Shown here: in pieces, positions 9,006-18,248 of the stretch
How the letters are laid out: every line of letters begins with the position of its first letter
How positions within the stretch are numbered: the first letter of the stretch is position 1
Virus record (IMG/VR): IMGVR_UViG_2974624810_000001
Coordinates: 67,977-131,976 of that record
DNA from: a virus
Taxonomy: Duplodnaviria > Caudoviricetes
Reading direction: 5' to 3' (one strand)
Length of the DNA: 64,000 nt
Notes under the pieces: generated by a model
What the model was told of the DNA's origin: nothing
The model's database searches: none
Seen by the model: only the letters and a program-made list of their open reading frames with translations
Made by a program: the position numbers and the translations under genes

Positions 9006-9434
9006 ATGTCACTAACTGGTGAAGCAAAGCGCGAATACCAGCGTAAGTGGGTTGCTGACAGGAGAGCCGCTGGGATAGAATATCTCGGTGGCTCTTGTCG
9101 TATATGTGGAGCTACTGAGAATCTAAACGTGGACCACAAGGACGCATCCACAAAAGTTGACCACAGAATATGGTCTTGGGCCTGGGACAGAGCGCTTAAG
9201 GAATTGGACAAGTGTCAACTTCTCTGTGAGAAGCATCATAGGGAAAAGACAAAGGCCAATGGCGAAACAAATCTTGGCGAAAAGAACGGGCAGGCAAAGC
9301 TGACTGTTAACATTGTTAAGCAAATCAGAGAAGAGTTTGCCAAGGGCGATATCACAAAGGCGGCTTTGGCGAGAAAATATCGAGTGGACGAAAAGGCTAT
9401 TAGAGACCTTCTCGCCGGAAGAACTTGGAAATGA
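9006..9434 (+). CDS. HNH endonuclease with C-terminal HTH
   Basis: CRICG...VDHKD...KCQLLC.KHH; GEKNGQAKL..LARKY. Confidence 0.8.
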   Translation: MSLTGEAKREYQRKWVADRRAAGIEYLGGSCRICGATENLNVDHKDASTKVDHRIWSWAWDRALKELDKCQLLCEKHHREKTKANGETNLGEKNGQAKLTVNIVKQIREEFAKGDITKAALARKYRVDEKAIRDLLAGRTWK

Positions 9435-9583
9435 TGAGTAAAGGAAAGAAGCAAAAGGACTGTTACCATGTCAACGTAAGAAAGATTTACGGTGACGAAA
9501 TCATAGCTTCTGGCTGGAAGAGAGCCTACTGCTATGATTGTAAAAGATACCTACCGGAACTACCTCCAGAGAGGAAAAAGTAA

Positions 9584-9772
9584 ATGGCCAAGGATTTTCC
9601 AAAGGGGAACAACAAGAAGGACTTCATCGAGTTCCTTGAAAAGAACAAGATTGAGTTTTGGTGCTCCATCTGCAACACCGAAAATCCTCGCAAGTGTCAG
9701 TGCTGGACAGACATTCAGCGTTGGGAGCAGGTAGAGCTGTGGCAGGGTGAGGAAAGGCGCAAGAAAAAGTGA
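9584..9772 (+). CDS. hypothetical protein
   Basis: RBS, operonic. Confidence 0.5.
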   Translation: MAKDFPKGNNKKDFIEFLEKNKIEFWCSICNTENPRKCQCWTDIQRWEQVELWQGEERRKKK

Positions 9773-10161
9773 GCGCTGTTCTTCTAGGTGTGCTGATGCA
9801 CTTCATTGGTGACTATCTCATTCAGACAGACTGGATGGCACAACTGAAGACAAAACGCTGGGCACCAGCAATTGTCCACGGTGTCACATACGGTGTCCCG
9901 TTTGTCTTTGTCACGATGTCACCGATAGCTTTGGCTGTCATCATTGTCACTCACATTGTCATCGACCATTATCGCCTGGCACGACATGTCGTCTGGGCAA
10001 AGAATCAGCTCGCCCCCAAGGAATGGCGTTATTCATGGGCTGAGGGAAACCTCACTGGATATCGCAATGACGCACCGCCTTGGCTGACAACTTGGCTGAT
10101 GATTATTGCGGACAACACAATCCACATTGTCATCAACACTCTGGCCATCCTCTATCTATGA
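9769..10161 (+). CDS. DUF3307-like membrane protein
   Basis: HFIGDY..Q, HG..Y, HIVIDH, DNTIH pattern. Confidence 0.75.
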   Translation: MSAVLLGVLMHFIGDYLIQTDWMAQLKTKRWAPAIVHGVTYGVPFVFVTMSPIALAVIIVTHIVIDHYRLARHVVWAKNQLAPKEWRYSWAEGNLTGYRNDAPPWLTTWLMIIADNTIHIVINTLAILYL

Positions 10162-10535
10162 GGATGGCTTTTGTCATTCCCAGGACACTTTGTCATCTGT
10201 CCAGTGACACGTCCTGGGACATGAGGACATGTCCAGTGACATTCATGTGACATGTCCCAGGGCTGTCCTCGAAATTTGAAAAATGGCGGGCGGCTCCGTA
10301 TTCGCATCTCGTTTGTTCATTTGCGAGAGGGCGGCCCGGCGGCCCAGAAGGCGGAACTATGTCTTAAGAACCAGATGCAAGGAAGGGACCTAATGAGGTT
10401 CAAGGAGGGAGTTGACAGGATTCTAGAAGAGGTGCTAAGGTGTAGTTACACTAGAAAATATAAAGAAAAAGATGTTGAAAAACATCTAGAACCGATTAGA
10501 AATAGGTTCTAAATAATATAGAATAAGATAAGGAT

Positions 10536-10823
10536 ATGAGACTCTTTGAACTTCATAGAGACGTAGATTCATCTGGCGTCTCTGGAACAGGAGTGGTAGC
10601 TCAGGGTGTAGAGTTTGACAGTGGTCAGTGTGCTATGACATGGTTGACCGAGTGGAACTCAGTAGCAGTCTATCCAGACATCACCACCCTTGAAGCAATC
10701 CATGGACACAACGGCAACACTCGTGTAGTCTATGTAGAAGGCCCAGTAACCGAGAGGCATGTCATTGTAGCTGGTAAGAAGGTTCCAGTCCGCACAGTTG
10801 ACAGGTTCTCCGACAACCGCTAA
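10536..10823 (+). CDS. conserved actinophage hypothetical protein
   Basis: LHRDVDSSGVSGTGVVAQGVEF...HGHNG. Confidence 0.65.
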   Translation: MRLFELHRDVDSSGVSGTGVVAQGVEFDSGQCAMTWLTEWNSVAVYPDITTLEAIHGHNGNTRVVYVEGPVTERHVIVAGKKVPVRTVDRFSDNR

Positions 10824-10904
10824 AGTAGAACATAGAGCAGGTCGGCAAGCAGGTAAGTGAGGAACACAGGAGCTTGAGCCACAACCCCTCCACCTAGCTC
10901 TCTT

Positions 10905-10980
10905 GCGTCTGTAGTATAGTCTGGTCCAATGCACCTGATTGTCAATCAGGAAATCGCGGGTTCAAATCCCGTCAGGCGCG
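10905..10980 (+). tRNA. tRNA-Asp(GTC)
   Basis: cctga-ttgtcaa-tcagg. Confidence 0.9.
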
Positions 10981-11009
10981 CACTAAAGTATAATCAACCG
11001 TGAGGAATC

Positions 11010-11180
11010 ATGAAGAGTAACTGGAAGTATTCCGCCCATTACAAATCTCCAAGCGGTGGCAAGGCTTCAATTACAAGTCAGGTCAAAGCCAACACCTTTG
11101 ATGAAGCTTACGAACAAGTTCGTGACCAGCTTAAGCATCAGAGCTTTGAGCTTGTTGGCATGGAATTGAGGAAGATGTAA
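11010..11180 (+). CDS. small hypothetical protein
   Basis: RBS gagga; resembles the next two ORFs. Confidence 0.5.
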   Translation: MKSNWKYSAHYKSPSGGKASITSQVKANTFDEAYEQVRDQLKHQSFELVGMELRKM

Positions 11181-11352
11181 TGGCAATCAGATTTTGTCCA
11201 AGCTGCATGCAAAATGTAGTGACAGAACCAACAGGTCCAAAATGCTCTCACTGTGGTGGGAACACGAAGCCTGTTGACAATAAGCTTCCGAAGCCGGAAG
11301 AGATTTTGAAGAAGTACACTTTCCGTAAGCCAAAACACAGAAAGCCTTAAAT

Positions 11353-11598
11353 ATGGCTGATAAGCTATGGCTCGTAGAGGGTCATTATACGAAGAACGGC
11401 ACGAAGGAAACATTCGATAATGTTTTCTCTGCCTCTAACAAGTCCGGCGCTGAGAAGGCTGCAAAGAAGGATTTTGACAGCTATGTAAGTGCTGGATATG
11501 AGAAGAACGCAAAGTTCGGCAAGCTGACTGTTACTAAGGTCAGCGAGTGGACAGAGAAGGACCGCAAGGCATTTCTCAAGAAGAAGGGCATCAAGTAA
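11353..11598 (+). CDS. small hypothetical protein
   Basis: Lys-rich 81 aa ORF. Confidence 0.6.
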   Translation: MADKLWLVEGHYTKNGTKETFDNVFSASNKSGAEKAAKKDFDSYVSAGYEKNAKFGKLTVTKVSEWTEKDRKAFLKKKGIK

Positions 11599-11825
11599 TG
11601 TCAGTCATTGGCAAGAAGCCAAACTGGACTGTTATAGGTAAGCTTGATGTGACATATCCAGGTCAGAAGAAGAAGACCGAAGAGTTCTGCAACTCATTTG
11701 TTGCGAAGAACAAGGCTGATGCAATCAAGCAGGCTCAGAAGCTGTTTGATGAGATGAAGGATGACATCCCTGGTGTCACTTATGCCAATCTTCGCGCTCT
11801 GAAGGCAGAGCCTAGCGGTTGGTGA
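11598..11825 (+). CDS. small hypothetical protein
   Basis: TAATG coupling. Confidence 0.6.
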   Translation: MSVIGKKPNWTVIGKLDVTYPGQKKKTEEFCNSFVAKNKADAIKQAQKLFDEMKDDIPGVTYANLRALKAEPSGW

Positions 11826-11845
11826 ACAGGGCCCGAAAGGGCTAT

Positions 11846-11916
11846 CCCGGCATAGTGTAGTGGAAACACGATACGTTGTCAGCGTATTATCGAGGGTTCA
11901 ATTCCCTCTGTCGGGA
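11846..11916 (+). tRNA. tRNA-Asp(GTC)
   Basis: atacg-ttgtcag-cgtat. Confidence 0.85.
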
Positions 11917-11920
11917 CAAA

Positions 11921-12035
11921 GTGGGTCGAACGAGATATCGGTTATCTAAATTCCCTTGAAATGAATAAAGGCAGGTTCGAATCCTGCATCGCCCAAGGAA
12001 CGGGCAATCTCCGATTCTCAACAATATATCCACCA
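11921..12035 (+). ncRNA. Y RNA-like RNA 3 (YrlA-like, with T-arm)
   Basis: gtgggt/atccac stem, GTCGAACG, gagatatcgg/ccgattctc, T-arm gcaggTTCGAATcctgc; 0.76 kb upstream of the Ro60 gene. Confidence 0.8.
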
Positions 12036-12038
12036 AAT

Positions 12039-12362
12039 ATGAATACAGAACAAAGAATTGCACGGTTCAAGGAACTGTGGAAGGAAAACACATATTTTGA
12101 GGATGCGCTAGGCTGGCTTCAAGATGGAATTCCTGAAGGCGAATTCAAGCCTAAGTGGGTAGATACCATTGAAGAGGGCACAAGCCGATGGATGGTTCAC
12201 ATTCTTGAAGTAGTAGAGATTGACGAAGGCGTGTACGTTGGTGTACGCTGGGAGCGAGGTAAGACAGAAATACAAGAGAACTTGTATGAAGATGACGATG
12301 TCTACCTACTTGAGCGTACAGAAGTGACCATAGTCGATTGGAAGGACAAGAAGACACTGTGA
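12039..12362 (+). CDS. hypothetical protein
   Basis: Start moved to ATG 12039, past the ncRNA. Confidence 0.6.
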   Translation: MNTEQRIARFKELWKENTYFEDALGWLQDGIPEGEFKPKWVDTIEEGTSRWMVHILEVVEIDEGVYVGVRWERGKTEIQENLYEDDDVYLLERTEVTIVDWKDKKTL

Positions 12363-12775
12363 AGAACTGGCTTGGACATGATATTGTCGTAGGAGCCGTT
12401 GTTTTTCGAGGCGGTCGTCAAGGAGACAGCTCCTCATTCCGTGTCGGGGTAGTTGATGACCTTGATACTTCCAAGGACCGAGAAGCGCGAGTAGACTGGA
12501 AGTTTGAAGCAGGTTGGCGAACCATTTGGTTTGGTGAATCTGCTTGGGAGCGTGACAAGCGAAACTATCGTGTTCGTGGTCCGCACAAGTCCACTACTCA
12601 GCGCACTCGCTACGAAATCAATGACCTTGTGCGACTTGAGGATGGTCTGATAGACTATCTGACACAACGAGATAAGCTGTGCACTGCTGCACAGCACTAT
12701 GGAATCCTTCGAGAGGATTTCAAGCGATTCGAAGAAGACTTTAATGCAGGGAGAGTCCCTGAAATTATGCCTTAG
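12359..12775 (+). CDS. hypothetical protein
   Basis: GTGA overlap with previous stop. Confidence 0.6.
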   Translation: MKNWLGHDIVVGAVVFRGGRQGDSSSFRVGVVDDLDTSKDREARVDWKFEAGWRTIWFGESAWERDKRNYRVRGPHKSTTQRTRYEINDLVRLEDGLIDYLTQRDKLCTAAQHYGILREDFKRFEEDFNAGRVPEIMP

Positions 12776-12792
12776 AAAGGGCCGGTAACAAA

Positions 12793-14445
12793 ATGTCAAA
12801 CGCACTTAACAACGCTGCTAAGGGTCTCAACAAGACTGTTCAGACTCAGCGTGCTCGCCAGGACCAGGTACAGAACAACGCTGGAGGATTCGTCTTCCAG
12901 GTATCTGACCAGGCCAGGCTTGAGCGATTCCTTATTCTGGGTGTCGATGGTGGCACCTATTACGTCAAGGAAGTCGACCACGCCGAAAAGAGCGTAAGCT
13001 TCCTGAGCAAGATGATTGAGAAGGACGAGGCGAGTGTGCTTCGTACCATTGTGGACGTGTCTGTCAATGGTCGTGCATATCGTCAGACTCCAGCTCTGTT
13101 CGCTCTCGCCATGCTGATTGCCAACGGCAACAACAAGCAGGCTGTGAAGGCTGAGTTCAACAAGGTTGTTCGTACTGGTACCCACCTTTACGAAGTCCTG
13201 AACTTCCTGACTTCACTTGAGGTTGGATGGGGTCGTGCCAAGCGAGAGATTATTGCTTCTTGGTTTGACCGAGATGCTGACAAGCTGGCTTACCAGGCGG
13301 TCAAGTACCGTCAGCGTAGGTTCGGTGAGCAGTCTTGGACTCTCCGAGATGTAATGCGTCTTTCTCACCCACGCAATGTGAACACATCCGTTGCTGATTT
13401 TGTCCTGGGCAAGCCTCACGACGCTATCGATGACCTTCGGGCCATTGAGGGCTTCAAGAAGATGCAGCAGGCCAAGACTGTTGACGAGGTTCACGCTGTT
13501 CTCCGTGAGTACGAGATGCTTCCATGGGAGACAATCCCAACTCAGTTCCACAAGGACGTGAGTGTGTGGAAGCGAATCTTCGCTAACGGTCAGCTTCGTG
13601 GTCAGGCTCTAGTCCGAAACATCACTCGCCTAGCGAAGATTGGTGCTTTCAAGGACATGCGTTTCGCTGCTGCGTATGCAGGACAGCTCACGAATCAGGA
13701 GATGATTAGGCAGACTCGTCTGCACCCAATCAACTTCTTGAACGCGGTTGTTGTGTACACCGAAGGCCAGATGAAGACCGTAAGGGACCGTTATGGCTGG
13801 GAGCGTGAGGAGCGTGTTCGTGGCTGGGAAGTCGAGAGTGTTATCGTGGATGCCCTCAATGAGGGATTCCACCTGGCATTCAAGACTGTGGAGCCAGCAG
13901 GTAAGCGAACGATGCTTGCTATTGACGTATCAGGTTCTATGAGTGCAAAGGCTAGTGGTCTCGACCTTAGCTGCGCTCAGGTCTCTGGTGCAATGGCAAT
14001 GACCATCGCTCGTACCGAGCCAGCTCACATCATCCGTGGTTTTACTGCGGGTAGTGGATACGGTTGGGGTCGTGCAAACGGTCTAACCGACCTTGGTATC
14101 AGTGCTCGTACAGACCTTGCTACGGCAATGCGTAATGTACAGCGCCACAACTGGGGCGGTACGGATTGTAGCCTTCCAATTCGTTGGGCACAGGAGAACG
14201 GTGTAGATGTTGACACCTTTGTGGTTATCACTGATAACGACACATGGGCTGGTGACATTCACCCATTCCAGGCGCTCAAGGAGTACCGTAAGAAGACCGG
14301 AATCGACGCTCGCATGGCAGTTCTGGGAGTTCAGGCAACTGAGTTCACCATTGCTGACCCACGTGACCGTGGAATGATGGACTTCGTAGGATTTGACAGC
14401 AATGCACCTCGTGTGCTGGCTGACTTCTCCGCTGGTCGTATCTGA
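12793..14445 (+). CDS. rsr: Ro60/Rsr TROVE-domain RNA-binding protein
   Basis: QVQNNAGGFVF, RLERFLILG..GGTYY, KYRQR, HP, vWA MIDAS DVSGSM, GGTDCSLP, ITDNDTW, GFD. Confidence 0.95.
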   Translation: MSNALNNAAKGLNKTVQTQRARQDQVQNNAGGFVFQVSDQARLERFLILGVDGGTYYVKEVDHAEKSVSFLSKMIEKDEASVLRTIVDVSVNGRAYRQTPALFALAMLIANGNNKQAVKAEFNKVVRTGTHLYEVLNFLTSLEVGWGRAKREIIASWFDRDADKLAYQAVKYRQRRFGEQSWTLRDVMRLSHPRNVNTSVADFVLGKPHDAIDDLRAIEGFKKMQQAKTVDEVHAVLREYEMLPWETIPTQFHKDVSVWKRIFANGQLRGQALVRNITRLAKIGAFKDMRFAAAYAGQLTNQEMIRQTRLHPINFLNAVVVYTEGQMKTVRDRYGWEREERVRGWEVESVIVDALNEGFHLAFKTVEPAGKRTMLAIDVSGSMSAKASGLDLSCAQVSGAMAMTIARTEPAHIIRGFTAGSGYGWGRANGLTDLGISARTDLATAMRNVQRHNWGGTDCSLPIRWAQENGVDVDTFVVITDNDTWAGDIHPFQALKEYRKKTGIDARMAVLGVQATEFTIADPRDRGMMDFVGFDSNAPRVLADFSAGRI

Positions 14446-14446
14446 C

Positions 14447-14471
14447 AAAAACCCCTCTTCGGAGGGGTTTA
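14447..14471 (+). terminator. intrinsic terminator after rsr
   Basis: aaacccctc-ttcg-gaggggttt. Confidence 0.7.
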
Positions 14472-14848
14472 GTCGTTTTATGGTACGATTAATAGATGAT
14501 AAGTAAAGAAGAACGAAAAGAACTAAAGTTGGCGAGGTCAAAGGCAGAACTAGTAAGAACCGTGACCAGCATCTTCCAAATGATTATTGCTTCTGCCACT
14601 CTCATCATCCTGGTTTACGTCAACTTCATGCGTTGACAGACGGCCCAGCAGGGTGTAGAGTCTGAACATGGACAAGGACGAACCAGGTGTAACGGTTCTC
14701 AGTCTATTGAGAATGCTGAATCGAAAACAGAAAATTCGGCCGGTAGTCGAGATGTCTACCTGTGGCCATTGTAAGACCAGGTACGATATCCATAAAGGAC
14801 ATATGTGTCCCATGATAAGGGACCTTTACACAAAGCTTGGAGACCTTA

Positions 14849-15054
14849 TGAGTTACAAGTCAGAGACTTTCAGGCGTCAGGGTAACGGCCGAATGGCAGA
14901 CGACATCAAGGCCCTTGCCAAGAATTGCGACCTGAAGGTAAATCACTTCAGCGCAAGCGGCTGGCTCCTCAAGACCATTACCATTACGGTTTATGGCCAC
15001 AAGGACGACATTGCTCGATTTGAAAGCCAGCTCCCTGCTGGAGTGCAGTCTTGA
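14849..15054 (+). CDS. hypothetical protein
   Basis: RBS ggag before ATG. Confidence 0.5.
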
Positions 15055-15434
15055 GCAATAGTTTTTACCATGCACGTAGCTCTGCACGGAAGTGGGGAGG
15101 TGAGCCAGAAGATTACATCGCCATTCACGAATGGATTGATGCATCCAAGGCTCACTTTGGCGACGCCCGGCACAGAGCGTTGCGTCATCACACAGAAGGT
15201 TGTTGGGAGGCTGAACGAGTATTCGGCCTTACCATCACAGTAAAGAAACAAAGGACAGGGGTAGAAGTACGCGTCCCTGTAAGAGAAATTGCTGAGCAGC
15301 ATATCTTCGAAGACCTTGGATACATTCCAAGTCTTGCAGACTGGCTCAAGAACATGGACCTAAAGCCATGGATGGGCGGCAAGGTGAAGACTGTTGTTTC
15401 TCGCACTGATGTATTGAAGGGAAAAGATGACTGA
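15051..15434 (+). CDS. DUF6915-like His-rich protein
   Basis: HARSSARKWGG..EDY..IHEWID.SK...D.RHRALRHH. Confidence 0.7.
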   Translation: MSNSFYHARSSARKWGGEPEDYIAIHEWIDASKAHFGDARHRALRHHTEGCWEAERVFGLTITVKKQRTGVEVRVPVREIAEQHIFEDLGYIPSLADWLKNMDLKPWMGGKVKTVVSRTDVLKGKDD

Positions 15435-15951
15435 CCTATATGGCCGAACCCTACGTGGTGAGCCACAAGATGATGACAGTTGGCCAGAGCAAGATGACAC
15501 TCAATTGCTCATCGATGCTCTTGACAGGGTTCTTGCGCTTGAGCATGTTGCCTCTGTACGATGGGAGCAGTACACACCAAGCTTCAATGACGGAGAGCCT
15601 TGCAAATTCAGCGTTCATCGTGTGGCTGTTCGTTTGGAGGGCTTCGAAGTTCCTGAAGATGGGTTTGAAACTTCCGAAGACCGGTGGTACGATGAGGATG
15701 AAGAGGTCTTCTTCGACCGTTATGAGCTATATGAGTTTGCACTAAACGAAGATGGCAGCAAGAACTACGATGAGACTGTCTATGAAATTCAGGGAATTCC
15801 TACCAAGGATATCGCTGATGCTCTAAAGGTCTTCAATGACATGCTTGACAGTGGTGCTCATTATGCTTGGCTCATGACATCATTTGGAGACCCGGCAGAA
15901 GTGACGGCTACATTTGATACATTCGATGTAGAACGTTGTGAGCACGAATAG
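15427..15951 (+). CDS. acidic hypothetical protein
   Basis: W.QYTPSFNDGEPC motif; coupled to previous gene. Confidence 0.65.
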   Translation: MTDLYGRTLRGEPQDDDSWPEQDDTQLLIDALDRVLALEHVASVRWEQYTPSFNDGEPCKFSVHRVAVRLEGFEVPEDGFETSEDRWYDEDEEVFFDRYELYEFALNEDGSKNYDETVYEIQGIPTKDIADALKVFNDMLDSGAHYAWLMTSFGDPAEVTATFDTFDVERCEHE

Positions 15952-16144
15952 GAGCTATATGTCTTTGAGCCATATTGATGCAGAGCGTATCCTTGACCTG
16001 ATTTCTGGAACTATTGATGGTGGCTGGAATGATGGAATAGATGCGTTTGTTGGTGCATCAAATGATGGAGAATTTCTTCATGTCGAAGTTGAAGATGACG
16101 ACGGCAACAAAAAGAAGTTCTACCTCAGCATAGAAGAAGCGTAG
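15938..16144 (+). CDS. hypothetical protein
   Basis: Operonic ORF. Confidence 0.5.
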   Translation: MSTNRSYMSLSHIDAERILDLISGTIDGGWNDGIDAFVGASNDGEFLHVEVEDDDGNKKKFYLSIEEA

Positions 16145-16201
16145 GCCAAAGCCTTTCATAATTGTTAGTCAGATATAATGATTATGAAAGGAGTGTGAAT
16201 C

Positions 16202-16477
16202 ATGGCTTACTACCAGATTTCTCAGTTCTACTACAATTCTGAAACCAACAACATCGTGGTACAGTTTTCTCTAGTAGGAGAGCCACCAACAGAATACGAA
16301 ACCAATGCTGGTGACCTCCCATATGATGTCTTCGAGGCAGAAATCTTCCTTGATGCTGGTCAGAACAAGGTAGGACAGTACATCCCTGGCTCTGCTGATG
16401 GTACAATCCCATCACAGACACTTGGTCGTGACATCGGCCAGTCTCCAGAAGAGATTCCAGATGTCCCACTGCCATAG
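16202..16477 (+). CDS. hypothetical protein
   Basis: RBS aaggag. Confidence 0.6.
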   Translation: MAYYQISQFYYNSETNNIVVQFSLVGEPPTEYETNAGDLPYDVFEAEIFLDAGQNKVGQYIPGSADGTIPSQTLGRDIGQSPEEIPDVPLP

Positions 16478-16553
16478 TTGACAGGCTGATGGACATCAGT
16501 TAGACTAGTAACACAGCGCAGGACGGAGCGCTTACAACTTATAATCCGTTCAT

Positions 16554-16629
16554 GCTCCGGTGGTCTAGTTTGGTCTAGGATACTTGACTCTCAATCAAGA
16601 GGACACGGGTTCAAATCCCGTTCGGAGTA
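16554..16629 (+). tRNA. tRNA-Glu(CTC)
   Basis: cttga-ctctcaa-tcaag. Confidence 0.9.
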
Positions 16630-16676
16630 CTGGTTGACACAGTCGACCGTATTAGATACAGTAGAAACAACAGCAA

Positions 16677-16751
16677 GCCCCGTTAGTCTAGTGGCCTAGG
16701 ATTCCAGACTTTCAATCTGCGAGAACGTCGGTTCGAATCCGACACGGGGTA
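16677..16751 (+). tRNA. tRNA-Glu(TTC)
   Basis: loop ctttcaa. Confidence 0.9.
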
Positions 16752-16830
16752 CGTTGAATAGTGGTCATGTCTGATGCGCATGTTAAATACTATCAAGACG
16801 TTACTAGTGCGTCTGAAAGTGCCACTTTAT

Positions 16831-16903
16831 GCGGGTGTCGTCTAGCGGCTAAGGCCCCATCCTTACAAGATGGTCATCGGAGGTTCGAGTCCTCTCACCC
16901 GTA
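16831..16903 (+). tRNA. tRNA-Val(TAC)
   Basis: ccatc-cttacaa-gatgg. Confidence 0.9.
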
Positions 16904-16990
16904 CGAGTCCCCGTCAGAGGCTAGAGGATGACGACCTACATTCTGACAGCAGTTGGGCACACCATAGTTAGGACAGCCACGAACTGCATT

Positions 16991-17067
16991 GGGTTTGATT
17001 GGTATGACGTTAGTGAAAGCCGACAATGGACCGCTAACCGCAGAGGGTTCGAATCCCTCCAAATCCA
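16991..17067 (+). ncRNA. tRNA-like RNA without canonical anticodon arm
   Basis: gggtttg/caaatcc acceptor plus gagggTTCGAATccctc T-arm; central ttagtg/cgctaa stem with 16-nt loop. Confidence 0.5.
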
Positions 17068-17179
17068 CGCTGGAAGGTGATGAGGTGAGAGAAAAGTTGG
17101 TCACTCAGTATCTCTGCTCATTATGTAAGGTCTAACCAACTATCATACCGGGCTCGGAACCCGGCCCTTCCGTAGACTT

Positions 17180-17254
17180 GCGCCGTTGACGGGAACTGGC
17201 ATACCTAGTTGACTTAGAATCAACTGCTTGGGAGTTCGACTCTCCCACGGCGTA
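17180..17254 (+). tRNA. tRNA-Leu(TAG), short variable loop
   Basis: gttga-cttagaa-tcaac. Confidence 0.8.
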
Positions 17255-17424
17255 CTCCATAATTGTAAAGACAGGATGAGATTGTCTGACGAAGAGTGTC
17301 CAAAAGGCGGTAATCACGAGTGGATGATATGGTCAGGAAAGTTCAGATGTCGAAAATGTGGAACAACAAGTAAGTAACAGTCTGCATAGGTTGTATTAGA
17401 AACTTCATGTGCTATGATTAGAAC

Positions 17425-17850
17425 ATGAAGCAATGCAATAAGTGTGGCGAGGTCAAAGAGCTTGATGACTTCGCATTCAGAAACAAGGCCAAGGGAACAA
17501 AGAGTCCTACATGCAAGCAATGTCAAAAGGACTATGCCAAGGCCAACTATCAAGAGAAAACGCAATACTATATAGATAAAGCTCGGCAGTCAAACAAGAC
17601 TGCATCTGATAGGAACAAGCAATATGTGATAGATTATCTCAAGTCTCATCCATGTGTGGACTGTGGCGAATCTGACATAGAAGTGCTACAATTTGACCAT
17701 GTAGAAATGGTGAGAGGCAGAGGGAATCGTATAGCAAACTTCCGAACACATTCTCTTGATACACTAAAGAAAGAACTTGCTAAGTGTGAAGTAAGGTGTG
17801 GCAATTGTCACATTAGAAGAACACGAAAGCAAATGGGATGGCTTCGCTAG
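17425..17850 (+). CDS. HNH endonuclease
   Basis: CNKC..., PCVDCGESD..VLQFDH...KCEVRCGNCH. Confidence 0.8.
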   Translation: MKQCNKCGEVKELDDFAFRNKAKGTKSPTCKQCQKDYAKANYQEKTQYYIDKARQSNKTASDRNKQYVIDYLKSHPCVDCGESDIEVLQFDHVEMVRGRGNRIANFRTHSLDTLKKELAKCEVRCGNCHIRRTRKQMGWLR

Positions 17851-17860
17851 TCATCTTTAT

Positions 17861-17942
17861 GCGCCTGTGGTGGAATTTAGGTAGACACGCTGGTCTTAGG
17901 AACCAGTTCTTCGGAGTGCAGGTTCAAGTCCTGTCAGGCGTA
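17861..17942 (+). tRNA. tRNA-Leu(TAG)
   Basis: ctggt-cttagga-accag, variable arm. Confidence 0.9.
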
Positions 17943-17995
17943 CTTTGACTGTCATCCGGAGTCAGTCAAATGCATATCAGGTCGCCCCTGATATG

Positions 17996-18104
17996 AGGAA
18001 CATAGTTTAATAGGTAAAACCGCGAAATGCAATGTCGAACGCAGCCTGAACGCTGCTAGTAGATAACAGAGTAGCAATTGTCGGTTCGAATCCGGCTGTT
18101 CCGC
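17996..18104 (+). ncRNA. tRNA-shaped RNA with Ro-site-like module replacing the anticodon arm
   Basis: ggaaca/tgttcc acceptor, D-arm gtttAATAGGTAaaac, T-arm gtcggTTCGAATccggc, insert containing GTCGAACG-gcagc...gctgc. Confidence 0.55.
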
Positions 18105-18248
18105 TAGCCTGCGACGGTGATTCGATATAAGTCGGCAAGGGAGTGTACAATCCCGACCCGCATTCGAGAAAGGTGCCTAGCTAGGTCCACCTATCAATAG
18201 GGTGAAAGTTTCTTGGTTGTTCTTCCTTATAATAAGAACCTCCCCAAT

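Noticed and set aside
11961-12038. N-terminal extension of ORF 11961..12362 (similarly 5125, 25799, 28337, 35774)
   Set aside because: Overlaps RNA genes; downstream ATGs are more plausible.
17996-18104. Self-splicing intron inside a tRNA
   Set aside because: Insert far too short for group I/II introns, and no obvious excision restores a canonical anticodon loop.
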